Assembly: GCA_965248195.1 (NCBI GenBank)
Contig: CBDFIQ010000001.1
Coordinates: forward strand, 1,184,001 to 1,248,000
DNA from: Longimicrobiales bacterium
GTDB taxonomy: Bacteria > Gemmatimonadota > Gemmatimonadetes > Longimicrobiales > Gaopeijiaceae
Length of the DNA stretch: 64,000 nt
Direction of reading: 5' to 3'
The translations under genes and the position numbers were made by a program. The notes beneath the pieces were generated by a model, which saw nothing but the letters and a program-made list of their open reading frames with translations, ran no database searches and was not told where the DNA came from. Numbering within the stretch: the stretch's first letter is position 1; each line of letters begins with the position of its first letter. Of this stretch, positions 29,693-38,737 are shown piece by piece.

Positions 29693-30636
29693 CGGGGCCT
29701 GCCCCCACGCATTCGGAAGAAGCGGGTGAGAGCTGCAAGCGGATCGGAAGCGGTGTCGACGTCGAGCAGCTCGGCCCCGGCCTCGCCGATTAGGGCCGCC
29801 GTGTCCGCCCGAGCTCGGAGCGCACTACGATGATACTCCTCCCGGAGCTTCCGCTGCCCGCTGTCGAACGTGACCCTACGACCACTCTCGGGATCGTTCA
29901 TCTCGACCCATCCTACGTCCGGTAGCTCCAGCGCGGCCGCTGTCAAGAGCCGGACCGCTACCAGGTCGTGCACGGATCCCACCCTCATCAACGCGTCACG
30001 CAAGGACGACTCCGCGCTGCTCTGAATGAAGTCACTGATGACGAAGATCGTGGCTCGGCCAAGGAGGGTATCAGCGAGCCAGTGCAGCCCGGTGCTCAGG
30101 TCGGTGCCCCGCCTTTGCGGAGTGTGGCTGATCAGCTCGGTCAGCAGACGAAAGACATGCCTGCGCCCCGATCCTACAGGAACGAAGTGCTCGACTCGAT
30201 CACTCACGAGCACGAGGGAAATCCGGTCGTTGTGCCGAGTCGCTGCAAAGGCTAGCGCGGCAGCGGTCTCCCTCGCCACCTCTTGCGGACTCTTCTCGCC
30301 GGGACCGAACCTGGCCGACCCCGAGACGTCGACCAGGAGTACGACGTGGAGGTCTCGCTCCTCGATGAACTGGCGAACGAAAGGTGTGCCGGCCCGCGCC
30401 GTGACCCTCCAATCGATCATGCGGACGTCTTCGCCGGGCTGGTAAGCTCGAACGTGCGAAAACTCCATGCCCTGACCGAGAAAGACGGAATCGTACTCAC
30501 CGACGTAGAGTGAGTCCACGAATCCACGGGTGCGCAGATCGAGCCGCCGAACTTCCCGCAGCGGCTCCGGGGACGGAAGGTCGCCCGCAGGGCGCGCCAG
30601 CAGCCGAAGAGCACGCCTCGATAGGTTTCTCAACAT
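29689..30636 (-). CDS. DUF58 domain protein
   Basis: G.GMEF..VRAYQPGEDVR.IDW.VTAR, EER, DVSGS, ISDF. Confidence 0.9.
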   Translation of the reverse strand: MLRNLSRRALRLLARPAGDLPSPEPLREVRRLDLRTRGFVDSLYVGEYDSVFLGQGMEFSHVRAYQPGEDVRMIDWRVTARAGTPFVRQFIEERDLHVVLLVDVSGSARFGPGEKSPQEVARETAAALAFAATRHNDRISLVLVSDRVEHFVPVGSGRRHVFRLLTELISHTPQRRGTDLSTGLHWLADTLLGRATIFVISDFIQSSAESSLRDALMRVGSVHDLVAVRLLTAAALELPDVGWVEMNDPESGRRVTFDSGQRKLREEYHRSALRARADTAALIGEAGAELLDVDTASDPLAALTRFFRMRGGRPR

Positions 30637-30658
30637 CCGCGCAGGTCTCCCAAGAGGC

Positions 30659-31693
30659 CTAGGGCGCAGGCACCGCGGCCAAGAGCCGGTCGACCAGCTC
30701 GTCGGGGTCGATCCCTTTAGCATCCGCCTCGTAGGTCGTCCGCAGGCGATGCCGGAGGACGGGGTGCGCCACACCCTTCACGTCGTCGGGAAGAACGAAA
30801 TCCCGACCCGCGAGATAGGCGTGCGCCCGCGCTGCCCGGGTCAGAAAGATGGAGGCCCGCGGTGAACCGCCGAACTCGAGTAAGGGCACGAAGTCCGGCA
30901 GACCCGCGTCAGCAGGATCCCGCGTCGCGAACACCAGATCGACGACGTACTCCTGGATCTTCCGGTCGACGTTCACGCCGTCGAGTTCGGCCCGAGCCTC
31001 CAGGATCTGTGACGCGCCTCGAGTCCCCTCATCACCCACGTCGGCGGCCGGGGCGTCGGGCGCTTCGGCCGGGCTCAGGGCGATGCGCTCGATGATCTCC
31101 CGTTCCTGATCCCGATCGGGATAACCCATTCGCAGCTTCATCATAAACCGATCGATCTGGGCTTCGGCGAGCATATAGGTGCCGTGCTGTTCGATTGGAT
31201 TCTGGGTGGCGAGAACGAAAAAAGGGTGCGGCAGGGGGTACGTCGTCCCGTCGATCGTGACATTCCCCTCCTCCATCGCCTCCAGGAGGGCGGACTGAAC
31301 TTTCGGCGGCGCCCGGTTGATTTCGTCAGCCAGCAACAGATTCGTGAACACCGGTCCCTTGTGGACGACGAACTCGCCCGTCGCCTGATGATAGACCGGG
31401 GCCCCCACCACGTCCCCTGGAAGGAGATCTGGAGTGAATTGAATGCGTCCGAACGAGGTGTGCAGGGCCCCGGCGAGAGATCGGACCAGCAGAGTTTTCG
31501 CCACTCCGGGGAACCCCTCCAGAAGGACGTGGCCACCGGTGAGGAACGCGATCAGAAGCCCTTTGAGGGTGTCTTTCTGTCCGACGACTCTCCGGTCGAC
31601 GGCCTCTTCCACCTCCCTGAGGAGTCGGTACCCTGCTGTCTCCGTGGATCCTGCTGTTCCTGTGGATCCTCCTGTTTCAATGGATATTGACAC
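30659..31693 (-). CDS. moxR: MoxR family AAA+ ATPase (start uncertain)
   Basis: HVLLEGFPGVAKT, RIQFTPDLLP, LADEINRAPPKVQSALLEAM, ATQNPIEQ, SPRA. Confidence 0.93.
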   Translation of the reverse strand: MSISIETGGSTGTAGSTETAGYRLLREVEEAVDRRVVGQKDTLKGLLIAFLTGGHVLLEGFPGVAKTLLVRSLAGALHTSFGRIQFTPDLLPGDVVGAPVYHQATGEFVVHKGPVFTNLLLADEINRAPPKVQSALLEAMEEGNVTIDGTTYPLPHPFFVLATQNPIEQHGTYMLAEAQIDRFMMKLRMGYPDRDQEREIIERIALSPAEAPDAPAADVGDEGTRGASQILEARAELDGVNVDRKIQEYVVDLVFATRDPADAGLPDFVPLLEFGGSPRASIFLTRAARAHAYLAGRDFVLPDDVKGVAHPVLRHRLRTTYEADAKGIDPDELVDRLLAAVPAP

Positions 31694-32124
31694 TTTAACC
31701 CTGGGATCTCGAGTTGGAGCTGAGCGGGCGATCGTCTCTTGCGAGAGGCGATCGTCTCTTGGGAGACGTGAGGGACGGGCTGAGCCTCCCGCGATCTCAG
31801 CGCTATGAAGTTGCACGGACGGTAGGGAACGGCCCTAGATCAGGCAAGGGCCGAAGGTGTCTCGCTCATGTGCCCCCCATGACCCCAGTTTCTAAGGGGA
31901 GGAAGGGCTGGAACCGCACTGGGCCCTCACCTATCCAAGGGCGGTCGACATTTTCCTTTACTTGATGGGTAGACGCCCGGCCGGGACATCCTCCCGGGAG
32001 GCGATCCCTCGGGTTGACAGCAGGCCCCTACCCCCGCCAAAATGAGTACCTGGCTGGGGCCCGTGCTGGGACTCGGTAGGGCGCTCATCGTCGGCGTACG
32101 GCGCCTGATGCAAGGAGGACCGGT

Positions 32125-32736
32125 GTGAGAGATCTACCAGTGGTCTCAAGAGGAAGCGGCCCACGCTTCCTGCGGCATACCGGCATAACGGCGCCGCTTC
32201 TAAGCGACGGATCGGAAAACCCGGATTTCGTTCTTGATCAAGAGCCTTATCGCAATGCTTCGATCCTGCTCGCTGGCGAGAACTTCGGCACCGGCAGTGC
32301 GCCGGAGTCTGAGGTTTTCCGGCTTATGGCATATGGCATTCGATCGGTTATTGCGCCCAGTTTCGCACCGGCGTTCTACAACAATTGCTTGACCTACGGC
32401 ATGTTGCCGGTGACTCTCGGCGAGGAAGTGATCGAAAAGCTGGCCGAGGGAGTCGTGTCGAATCCCGGGGTGGAGATGACGGTCGACCTGGAAGGGCAGG
32501 TGATCGAGCTCTCCGGAATGGAACCCGTTTCCTTCAGCATGGATGCTCGAGCGCGCAACAAGCTGTTGCAGGGGTTGAGCGACCTGGATGAAATGCGTCA
32601 GCACAATGAAAATGTCGTGGCGTTTCGGAACCATGATCGGAACCGGAGGCCTTGGATCTACAACCTGCGAGATGAGGTTCCACTGCCGTCGAACCTCACC
32701 TCAGAGGGTAGCAAAAGCGGTGGTCGAGAAGCATGA
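32125..32736 (+). CDS. LeuD-like small subunit D1 (internal deletion, degenerate motif)
   Basis: HTG..APL, PDFVL, GENFGTGS, IAPSF..FYNNC...G.LP, VDLE; lacks the N(V)DTD..IP segment. Confidence 0.7.
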   Translation: MRDLPVVSRGSGPRFLRHTGITAPLLSDGSENPDFVLDQEPYRNASILLAGENFGTGSAPESEVFRLMAYGIRSVIAPSFAPAFYNNCLTYGMLPVTLGEEVIEKLAEGVVSNPGVEMTVDLEGQVIELSGMEPVSFSMDARARNKLLQGLSDLDEMRQHNENVVAFRNHDRNRRPWIYNLRDEVPLPSNLTSEGSKSGGREA

Positions 32737-32773
32737 GTGGCGGTCTACGTAGACTTTTAGGGAGGAACACGTC

Positions 32774-34270
32774 ATGAAAAGAAGGAACTTCATCAAGACG
32801 TCCGTAGGGGCAGGGTTCGCGGTGTCGACTAATCCCTTTGCGGCTCGCTCCGATCAGTTAGCGCCGCTCAGCCAAGCCCAGGTGCCAGCCACGATGTTCG
32901 ACAAGATCTGGGATGCACACGTGGTGACGAACCTCGGCGGGCGCACCGATCTGCTCCAGGTCGACCGGTGTATCGGTGGTAGTCCCAATCAGGTGTTGGA
33001 TCTGCTGGAGCAGGGTGTCGAGGTCGCGAATCCCGAGATCTTCTTTAACGTGCCCGACCATGGCGTTTCCACGTCACCGGACAGGTATACGGACCGCTCG
33101 CTCGGTACGGGCTGGCAGTCGTACGAGGAGCATGCCGACCGGATGAGGGAGATGGGCTTCAACACCTTCGGCCAGTTCGATCCCAGACACGGCATCCAGC
33201 ACGTGGTCGGCCCCGAGACCGGGTTGAGCCAGCCAGGCATGGTGCTCTGTGCCGGCGACAGCCACACCTGCACGCACGGGGCGATGGGCTTGATCTCCTG
33301 GGGTGGAGAAAGCTCAAACAACATTCTCCGCACGGGGACGGTCATCCGGCTCCATCCGATGACCATGCGCGTCAACGTCGTGGGCAGGCTGGGCCCCGGA
33401 CTCAGATCGAAGGATATCATCCTTCGTATTATCTCCCAGCTCGGTACGGACTCGGGCTCTGGCTACGCGGTGGAGTACGCCGGTCCCGTTGTGCGGGCCC
33501 TGCCCCAGGAGGCCCGGTTCACCATCTGCAATCTCGCCGTGGAGATGGCTTCTCTGACGGGAATGGTGGGTCCCGACGACACGACGTTCGAGTGGATGGC
33601 GGGTCGGGAGTTCGCCCCCGCAGACCGCTACTGGGATCAGGCCCTGAGGTTCTGGCGAACCGTGCCCACCGACGAGGGCGCGGTGTTCGACCGGGAAGAG
33701 ACGATCGACATGACTGGGGTGGAGCCGCAGGTCACGTGGGGCATCAATCCCGAGCACGCCATAGGGATCGGCGACCGCATTCCCGATCCCGACGAGGCGC
33801 CCGCGCAGAAGCGGGAGACGTACCGGCAGGCCATTGAGTACAGCCGCCTCACCCCGGGTGAGCCTATTCTCGGAACGCCGCTCGACGAAGTGTTCATCGG
33901 ATCCTGCGCCGAGAGTCGAATCAGTGATCTTCGCGCCGCAGCTGAAGTGGTCCGCGGCCGCCGGGTCGCATCCAACATCGTCTCCGCGTGGGTCGTTCCA
34001 GGGTCACAGCCGGTCAAGCGTCAGGCAGAGGCTGAGGGCCTTGACCGCATCTTCAGGGAGGCGGGATTCGAGTGGCAGGAGCCCAGCTGCTCGAAGTGCT
34101 ACGGCTCGAACGGTGACTATGTCACGCGGGGTAACCGCTGCATATCGAACTCCAATCGCAACTACATCGGCCGCCAGGGCGGAGGCACCAACACCATTCT
34201 GGCCAGCACCTCCACGGTAGCCGCTTCGGCCATCGCCGGTCACATCGCCGACGTGCGAACCTACCTGTAG
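32774..34270 (+). CDS. LeuC/aconitase-family [4Fe-4S] hydro-lyase large subunit with twin-arginine N-terminus
   Basis: MKRRNFIK; FDKIWDAHVV, GIQHV.GPE, GDSHTCTHGA, TICN, FIGSC, CSKC, SNRNY.GRQG. Confidence 0.85.
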   Translation: MKRRNFIKTSVGAGFAVSTNPFAARSDQLAPLSQAQVPATMFDKIWDAHVVTNLGGRTDLLQVDRCIGGSPNQVLDLLEQGVEVANPEIFFNVPDHGVSTSPDRYTDRSLGTGWQSYEEHADRMREMGFNTFGQFDPRHGIQHVVGPETGLSQPGMVLCAGDSHTCTHGAMGLISWGGESSNNILRTGTVIRLHPMTMRVNVVGRLGPGLRSKDIILRIISQLGTDSGSGYAVEYAGPVVRALPQEARFTICNLAVEMASLTGMVGPDDTTFEWMAGREFAPADRYWDQALRFWRTVPTDEGAVFDREETIDMTGVEPQVTWGINPEHAIGIGDRIPDPDEAPAQKRETYRQAIEYSRLTPGEPILGTPLDEVFIGSCAESRISDLRAAAEVVRGRRVASNIVSAWVVPGSQPVKRQAEAEGLDRIFREAGFEWQEPSCSKCYGSNGDYVTRGNRCISNSNRNYIGRQGGGTNTILASTSTVAASAIAGHIADVRTYL

Positions 34271-34297
34271 AGAAGAGGCCTGTAGAGGAGACCGAGA

Positions 34298-34984
34298 ATG
34301 ACCATGCAACAGACTAACCAGCAGAGAGGTCCGCGAAGAGGAGGCCAACGCTTTGTAAGGCACGTCGGCTTGGCGGCGCCGTTCATGTTTAACAACGTGA
34401 GCACGGACGTCTCCAGTCCGGGGGGCGCAGCGACTGGCCTCGCCGGCGTGGGTATAGATACCGCAGCCGAGCTCGCTTTCGCCAACATCCGGTATTTCGC
34501 TGACGGATCTGAAAGGCCGGACTTCGTTTTTAATCAAGAGCAGTATCGCAGTGCCTCGATCATGATCGTTGGTCTGAACTATGGCACGGGCAGCTCGCGC
34601 TCGGGCGCGATCACGCGGCCCCTGGAAGCGTGGGGAGTACGAGTATACATCGGGGAAAGCTTCGGACCGATCTTCTTGACCAACGCGATGCAGTACGGCG
34701 TGTTGACTGTGGAACTTCCCCGGCCGACGGTCGATAGGATCGCGGACTGGGTCCGGGCGAACCCGGGAATACCGATGGCGGTGGATCTGGAAAGGCAGGT
34801 GATCGAGATGCCCGGCTTGGAGCCCGTTCCCTTCCAGACCGAAGCCAGAACGCGCAACAAGCTGTTGACCGCTGTGGACGACCTGGAAGAAATCAATCCA
34901 CACCTGCCGGCGGCCAGGACGAAGAGAGCGGAGGACGAGAGAGCGCGTCCCTGGGTCTATGATTATCGTGGCACTGGCCGCTGA
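34298..34984 (+). CDS. LeuD-like small subunit D2
   Basis: NVSTD, NYGTGSSR, ESFG.IF..NA, VDLERQ. Confidence 0.8.
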   Translation: MTMQQTNQQRGPRRGGQRFVRHVGLAAPFMFNNVSTDVSSPGGAATGLAGVGIDTAAELAFANIRYFADGSERPDFVFNQEQYRSASIMIVGLNYGTGSSRSGAITRPLEAWGVRVYIGESFGPIFLTNAMQYGVLTVELPRPTVDRIADWVRANPGIPMAVDLERQVIEMPGLEPVPFQTEARTRNKLLTAVDDLEEINPHLPAARTKRAEDERARPWVYDYRGTGR

Positions 34985-35059
34985 GGCGCTTGTTGTGGGG
35001 TGAGCCCGCCGCTCGCTAAACTTGCCCGCTCGGGAAGCTGAATTGACGGCAAAGGAGCT

Positions 35060-35770
35060 GTGACCATCCTTCAAACTGCCCCGCAGTTCGTGCGGCATAC
35101 CGGCATCGCGGCGCCTTTCATGCAACGCGACGTCGAAGGCGAGTACATCGCCCCAGTGGGTCCTGAACTTCAGGACCTTCACGCTGTGCATTTGGACCCG
35201 GGCGCGGCAGTGCTCGAGCCGCACACCCACGACGGTTCATGGGCCGGGCAACACGCCTTCCATGGCTTCCGATACCGACCCGACGGATCGGAAGATCCGG
35301 ATTTCGTCCTCAATCAGGAGCCTTATCGTAATGCTTCGATCCTGCTCGCTGGTCGGGACTTCGGCCGTGGCAGCCTACAGGCGTTTGCGGTCATCCGGCT
35401 CATGCAGTGCGGCATGCGAGCGGTCATCGCGCCCAGCTTCGGAACGGTGTTCTATGATGACTGCTTTGACTACGGTCTGTTACCGGTGACTCTCGGCGAA
35501 GAGGTGGTCGGAAGGATCGCTGACGGCGTCAGGGCGAATCCCGAAGTGGTAATGTCGGTCGACCTCGCGAGGCAGGTGATCGAGCGCCCGGGTATGGAAC
35601 GCATTTCCTTCCAGATTGACTCCAGACGACGCGTGAATCTGCTACAGGGCTTGGACATCACCCTGGATGAACGGCTTCAGCACAGCGACAGCGCCGCGGC
35701 GATGAGGAGCCAGGATCGGAGCGCACGGCCCTGGATCTACGACACTCGTGGTGACCGAAATCCTCCCTGA
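35060..35770 (+). CDS. LeuD-like small subunit D3 (His-rich insertion)
   Basis: HTGIAAP, PDFVLNQEPY, DFGRGS, IAPSFG..FY; GTG start after AAGGAG. Confidence 0.75.
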   Translation: MTILQTAPQFVRHTGIAAPFMQRDVEGEYIAPVGPELQDLHAVHLDPGAAVLEPHTHDGSWAGQHAFHGFRYRPDGSEDPDFVLNQEPYRNASILLAGRDFGRGSLQAFAVIRLMQCGMRAVIAPSFGTVFYDDCFDYGLLPVTLGEEVVGRIADGVRANPEVVMSVDLARQVIERPGMERISFQIDSRRRVNLLQGLDITLDERLQHSDSAAAMRSQDRSARPWIYDTRGDRNPP

Positions 35771-35808
35771 GGCACTCCAACTGGAGTGGAGAGCCTCGGG
35801 CCGGCCAC

Positions 35809-37749
35809 TCATTCGATGATTGCCAGGCGCCGGAGGTCCCGCTCCGCGAGTAGTCGGAGCCACTCGTAGACGTCGATCTCGCTGTTCGCGGCGATGAGAA
35901 GATGAGGCCTGGCCTGATCCGGTCCGCCGAATCCGAGCCAGCGCTCCGTTGCCTCGGTGGCCTTTTCCTCGAGCCCTGGACGAGAGGCCAAGAAATCGTA
36001 TTCGAACGCTTCGAACCCGGGGAGTTTGACAATCGATCGATAGGCCACCTGCCGGGTCGCCGAATACGAATCCGTGAGGAGCTGCGCCAGATACGCGGCC
36101 ATCCAAGTACCGTCCGACGCGTCCCGAGCCGCGTCCCAGCCCAGGTGCCAGGCGAGGATCGTGCGCTGGGCCGCATCACCCTTCAGCGTCCAGAGGATTG
36201 AGGCGGCGATGGATCGCTCGTCCTCGTCCAGCTCCACGAGGGGCTGGCCGTACCACTCCTTCAGGTACCGACTCGACCACTCCAGAGTCTGGTCGAGGTG
36301 ACAGAGGTTGCACGCGTTGGGACGCCCGCTCTCCACCGAGACCTGAACGCTAGGATTGTCGATCCGGTGGCTCCGCATGGCTGAAAAGAGGCCGTACGTG
36401 GTGTGTGGCATGTGACAGTTCATGCACTCGCTGCCCGAAGACTCGGGAAGGTGTCGGGTGTGCTCCGAGATCTCGTCGGCGAAGTCCGTGTGGCAGTTCA
36501 GGCACGACCGGTTTCCGGCGACCTCGGGATCGAGCTGGGTGTCGGAGGCCTCGTACTCGTGCATTGAATGGCACGAAAGGCACGTCAGCTCGCTCGCTCC
36601 GAGGTGGGCGTCTTCCAGGAGGCCGTTGTACTCCCGACCCGCGACCCGAATCGTTCCGTCGGCCCAGAAATTGCCTTCTAGGGCGAGGGGATCGCTCCCC
36701 AGCATCTCCGCCAGTAGCGGATCTTCGGGGTCCTCCGTGTAGCGGAACACGGACCTGTACTCGTGCAGTTCGTCTCCGGCTCGGAACGGCACCCCATCCC
36801 TCCCGTACGCTCGCTGATCCGTCCACTCTCCGAAACTGTGGCATTGAGCGCACGTCTCCACGGAGCGGTGGGGCTCGAGCTTCTCGGGGTTGACGATGGT
36901 CGGATCGCGGGCGTCGGGATCCCGCAACCGGCGAAAGTACCGGAGATAGCGCCTTACCGGCGACTGATAGAAACGGACGTGCTCCTCGGCCGGACCGTGG
37001 CAGGCCTCGCACGCGATGCCCAGCTCCACCGTCCGGGTGTCGAAGCGGCCGAGGTCCGTCAGAACCCGGGGCTCGGTCCCTACCGAGTGGCACTGGGAGC
37101 AGGTACCGTTCCAGGGTGTAGCTCCCTGGACGGAGGAGCTCGGTGGCCTGAGAAACGAATCCTGGTTGGGGATCCATCTCGCCTCGGGAATCAGCCAGAC
37201 CCATGGGACCTGGACGAGTGCGCCACTGTCGGGCCCGAGAGGGCCCTCGGCCTCCTCCGGTCTGCGTATCCAGTAGTTCTGTATGTGGTGAGAGCCCGTG
37301 GTCATCACCACCCGGGCCTCGAAGCGCGGTGGGCTCTCGGGCCAATCCTCGTGCAAGCGCTGCATGAACTCGGCTGGTTGGTCGAACCAGAGGGGGTCCG
37401 GCATCTCGACCCAGAACTCGTCGCCCCGACGCTCGAGGCGCCACCGGTAGCCGCGGTCCTCGAGGACGACGTCGTCGAACATGCCCAGCACCGTGGAAGG
37501 CGTAACCGCCTGCGTCATGGTCCGATGGTAGGAACGGTGCCAGGCGTCGTACTGAGCCGGATGGCACGACTGGCACGTGACCGAGGTCGTGAACCCTTCC
37601 CCCATCGTCTGCTCCGGAAGGTCCTCCCTCAGGTCTTCGTCCACGTCCGGGCTCCAGAGAAGCCCCCCGCCGACCGCGAGCAGCGCGCAGACGACGAGGA
37701 CGATGCGGTAGGAGCGCTTCAAGGAGCCGGACGACGAAATGTGGGCCAT
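35809..37749 (-). CDS. Membrane-anchored octaheme c-type cytochrome
   Basis: Eight CxxCH motifs (CQSCH, CSQCH, CEACH, CAQCH, CLSCH, CLNCH, CMNCH, CNLCH); N-terminal TM segment. Confidence 0.9.
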   Translation of the reverse strand: MAHISSSGSLKRSYRIVLVVCALLAVGGGLLWSPDVDEDLREDLPEQTMGEGFTTSVTCQSCHPAQYDAWHRSYHRTMTQAVTPSTVLGMFDDVVLEDRGYRWRLERRGDEFWVEMPDPLWFDQPAEFMQRLHEDWPESPPRFEARVVMTTGSHHIQNYWIRRPEEAEGPLGPDSGALVQVPWVWLIPEARWIPNQDSFLRPPSSSVQGATPWNGTCSQCHSVGTEPRVLTDLGRFDTRTVELGIACEACHGPAEEHVRFYQSPVRRYLRYFRRLRDPDARDPTIVNPEKLEPHRSVETCAQCHSFGEWTDQRAYGRDGVPFRAGDELHEYRSVFRYTEDPEDPLLAEMLGSDPLALEGNFWADGTIRVAGREYNGLLEDAHLGASELTCLSCHSMHEYEASDTQLDPEVAGNRSCLNCHTDFADEISEHTRHLPESSGSECMNCHMPHTTYGLFSAMRSHRIDNPSVQVSVESGRPNACNLCHLDQTLEWSSRYLKEWYGQPLVELDEDERSIAASILWTLKGDAAQRTILAWHLGWDAARDASDGTWMAAYLAQLLTDSYSATRQVAYRSIVKLPGFEAFEYDFLASRPGLEEKATEATERWLGFGGPDQARPHLLIAANSEIDVYEWLRLLAERDLRRLAIIE

Positions 37750-37984
37750 GGCCAGATCGATAGACGGGCTTCATCTCCGTCGGATCGACGCCTTCGGCTT
37801 CCAGGACGCACCGACTCGCGAGATGATCTCGGGGTCACGTGGGCGTTGGAAGATCTGAAGCCCACGGGTGGCGACAAGGTAGGGGTTGCCGGTGCCGACC
37901 GACAGATACATGCTTGACCGGCGGCCCGACGCCCTCGGGAAATTTGGGGCGCTCGATGATGGAAGAGGTGGAGGAAAAGGGGAG

Positions 37985-38563
37985 ATGACGCGCCGAAACG
38001 ATGAGGCGGAGCAAGGCGCCGTGGCCGGAGTGGAAGGCGTGGGTGCCACCCTGCGGGAGTACCACACCTTTCTGCTCCGGTGGGGCACCTCGGACGAGAT
38101 CGGTGAGCGAATCGCCGAGCTTCGTAGGATCGCATCCTGGTGGGCGTCCAAGGAAGTGCCGGCCGAGGATGACGAGGCGGGCAGCCAGCTCGACACGGCG
38201 TTGGAACGGCTTACGACCGTTCGACAGACCGCGCAAGCGGTCGAGACGGCCCTCGACGAAGGGGGCTATGAGTTCGACAGGCACCTCCGGGTGCTGAGAG
38301 GGCGAAAGCGACCCGCCGTGGACGGGGACGTGCCGCGTGAGAGGGCACAGACTCTGCTTTCCCAGACCATCGTCGACGTCTTCGAGCAACTGAAGGAGCA
38401 GGGACGGCCGGATGAGAACACCCGGGAGCTCCGAATCGAGATCCGAGCCCGCCTGGCTCACTCCCTTCACCCCGAGCTCCTGTCCGACGGCGTGATCGAG
38501 ACCGCGGTGGATGAGGATCTGAATCCCGACCAGCGGATTGGTCAGCAGCCTGGGATGGTCTAG
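37985..38563 (+). CDS. Hypothetical helical cytoplasmic protein
   Basis: Fills the gap between two minus-strand genes; purine-rich RBS; no recognised motif. Confidence 0.5.
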   Translation: MTRRNDEAEQGAVAGVEGVGATLREYHTFLLRWGTSDEIGERIAELRRIASWWASKEVPAEDDEAGSQLDTALERLTTVRQTAQAVETALDEGGYEFDRHLRVLRGRKRPAVDGDVPRERAQTLLSQTIVDVFEQLKEQGRPDENTRELRIEIRARLAHSLHPELLSDGVIETAVDEDLNPDQRIGQQPGMV

Positions 38564-38737
38564 CGACCACAAGCCGATAGAATCGGATCAGGTGGCCCTG
38601 GGTCTAGGTGAACGCGCCTGGCGCCAATCGCTGAGGCCTTAGGCGGGAGCCGGCCCTTTTCGCCGACCGGGACTACAGGATGGTCGGGCCGTCACGAGGC
38701 GGGCGGGTGACCGCCGTGCTGCTTTGCGTGGATGCGC

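Noticed and set aside
31631..31685. 18-bp quasi-repeat near the moxR 5' end
   Set aside because: Encodes a low-complexity linker (ETGGSTGTAGSTETAG); no sign of separate function
32042..32128. 28-codon ORF before the LeuD-like gene as a leucine attenuator leader
   Set aside because: Leu codons are scattered, there is no RBS or terminator, and the downstream genes do not look biosynthetic
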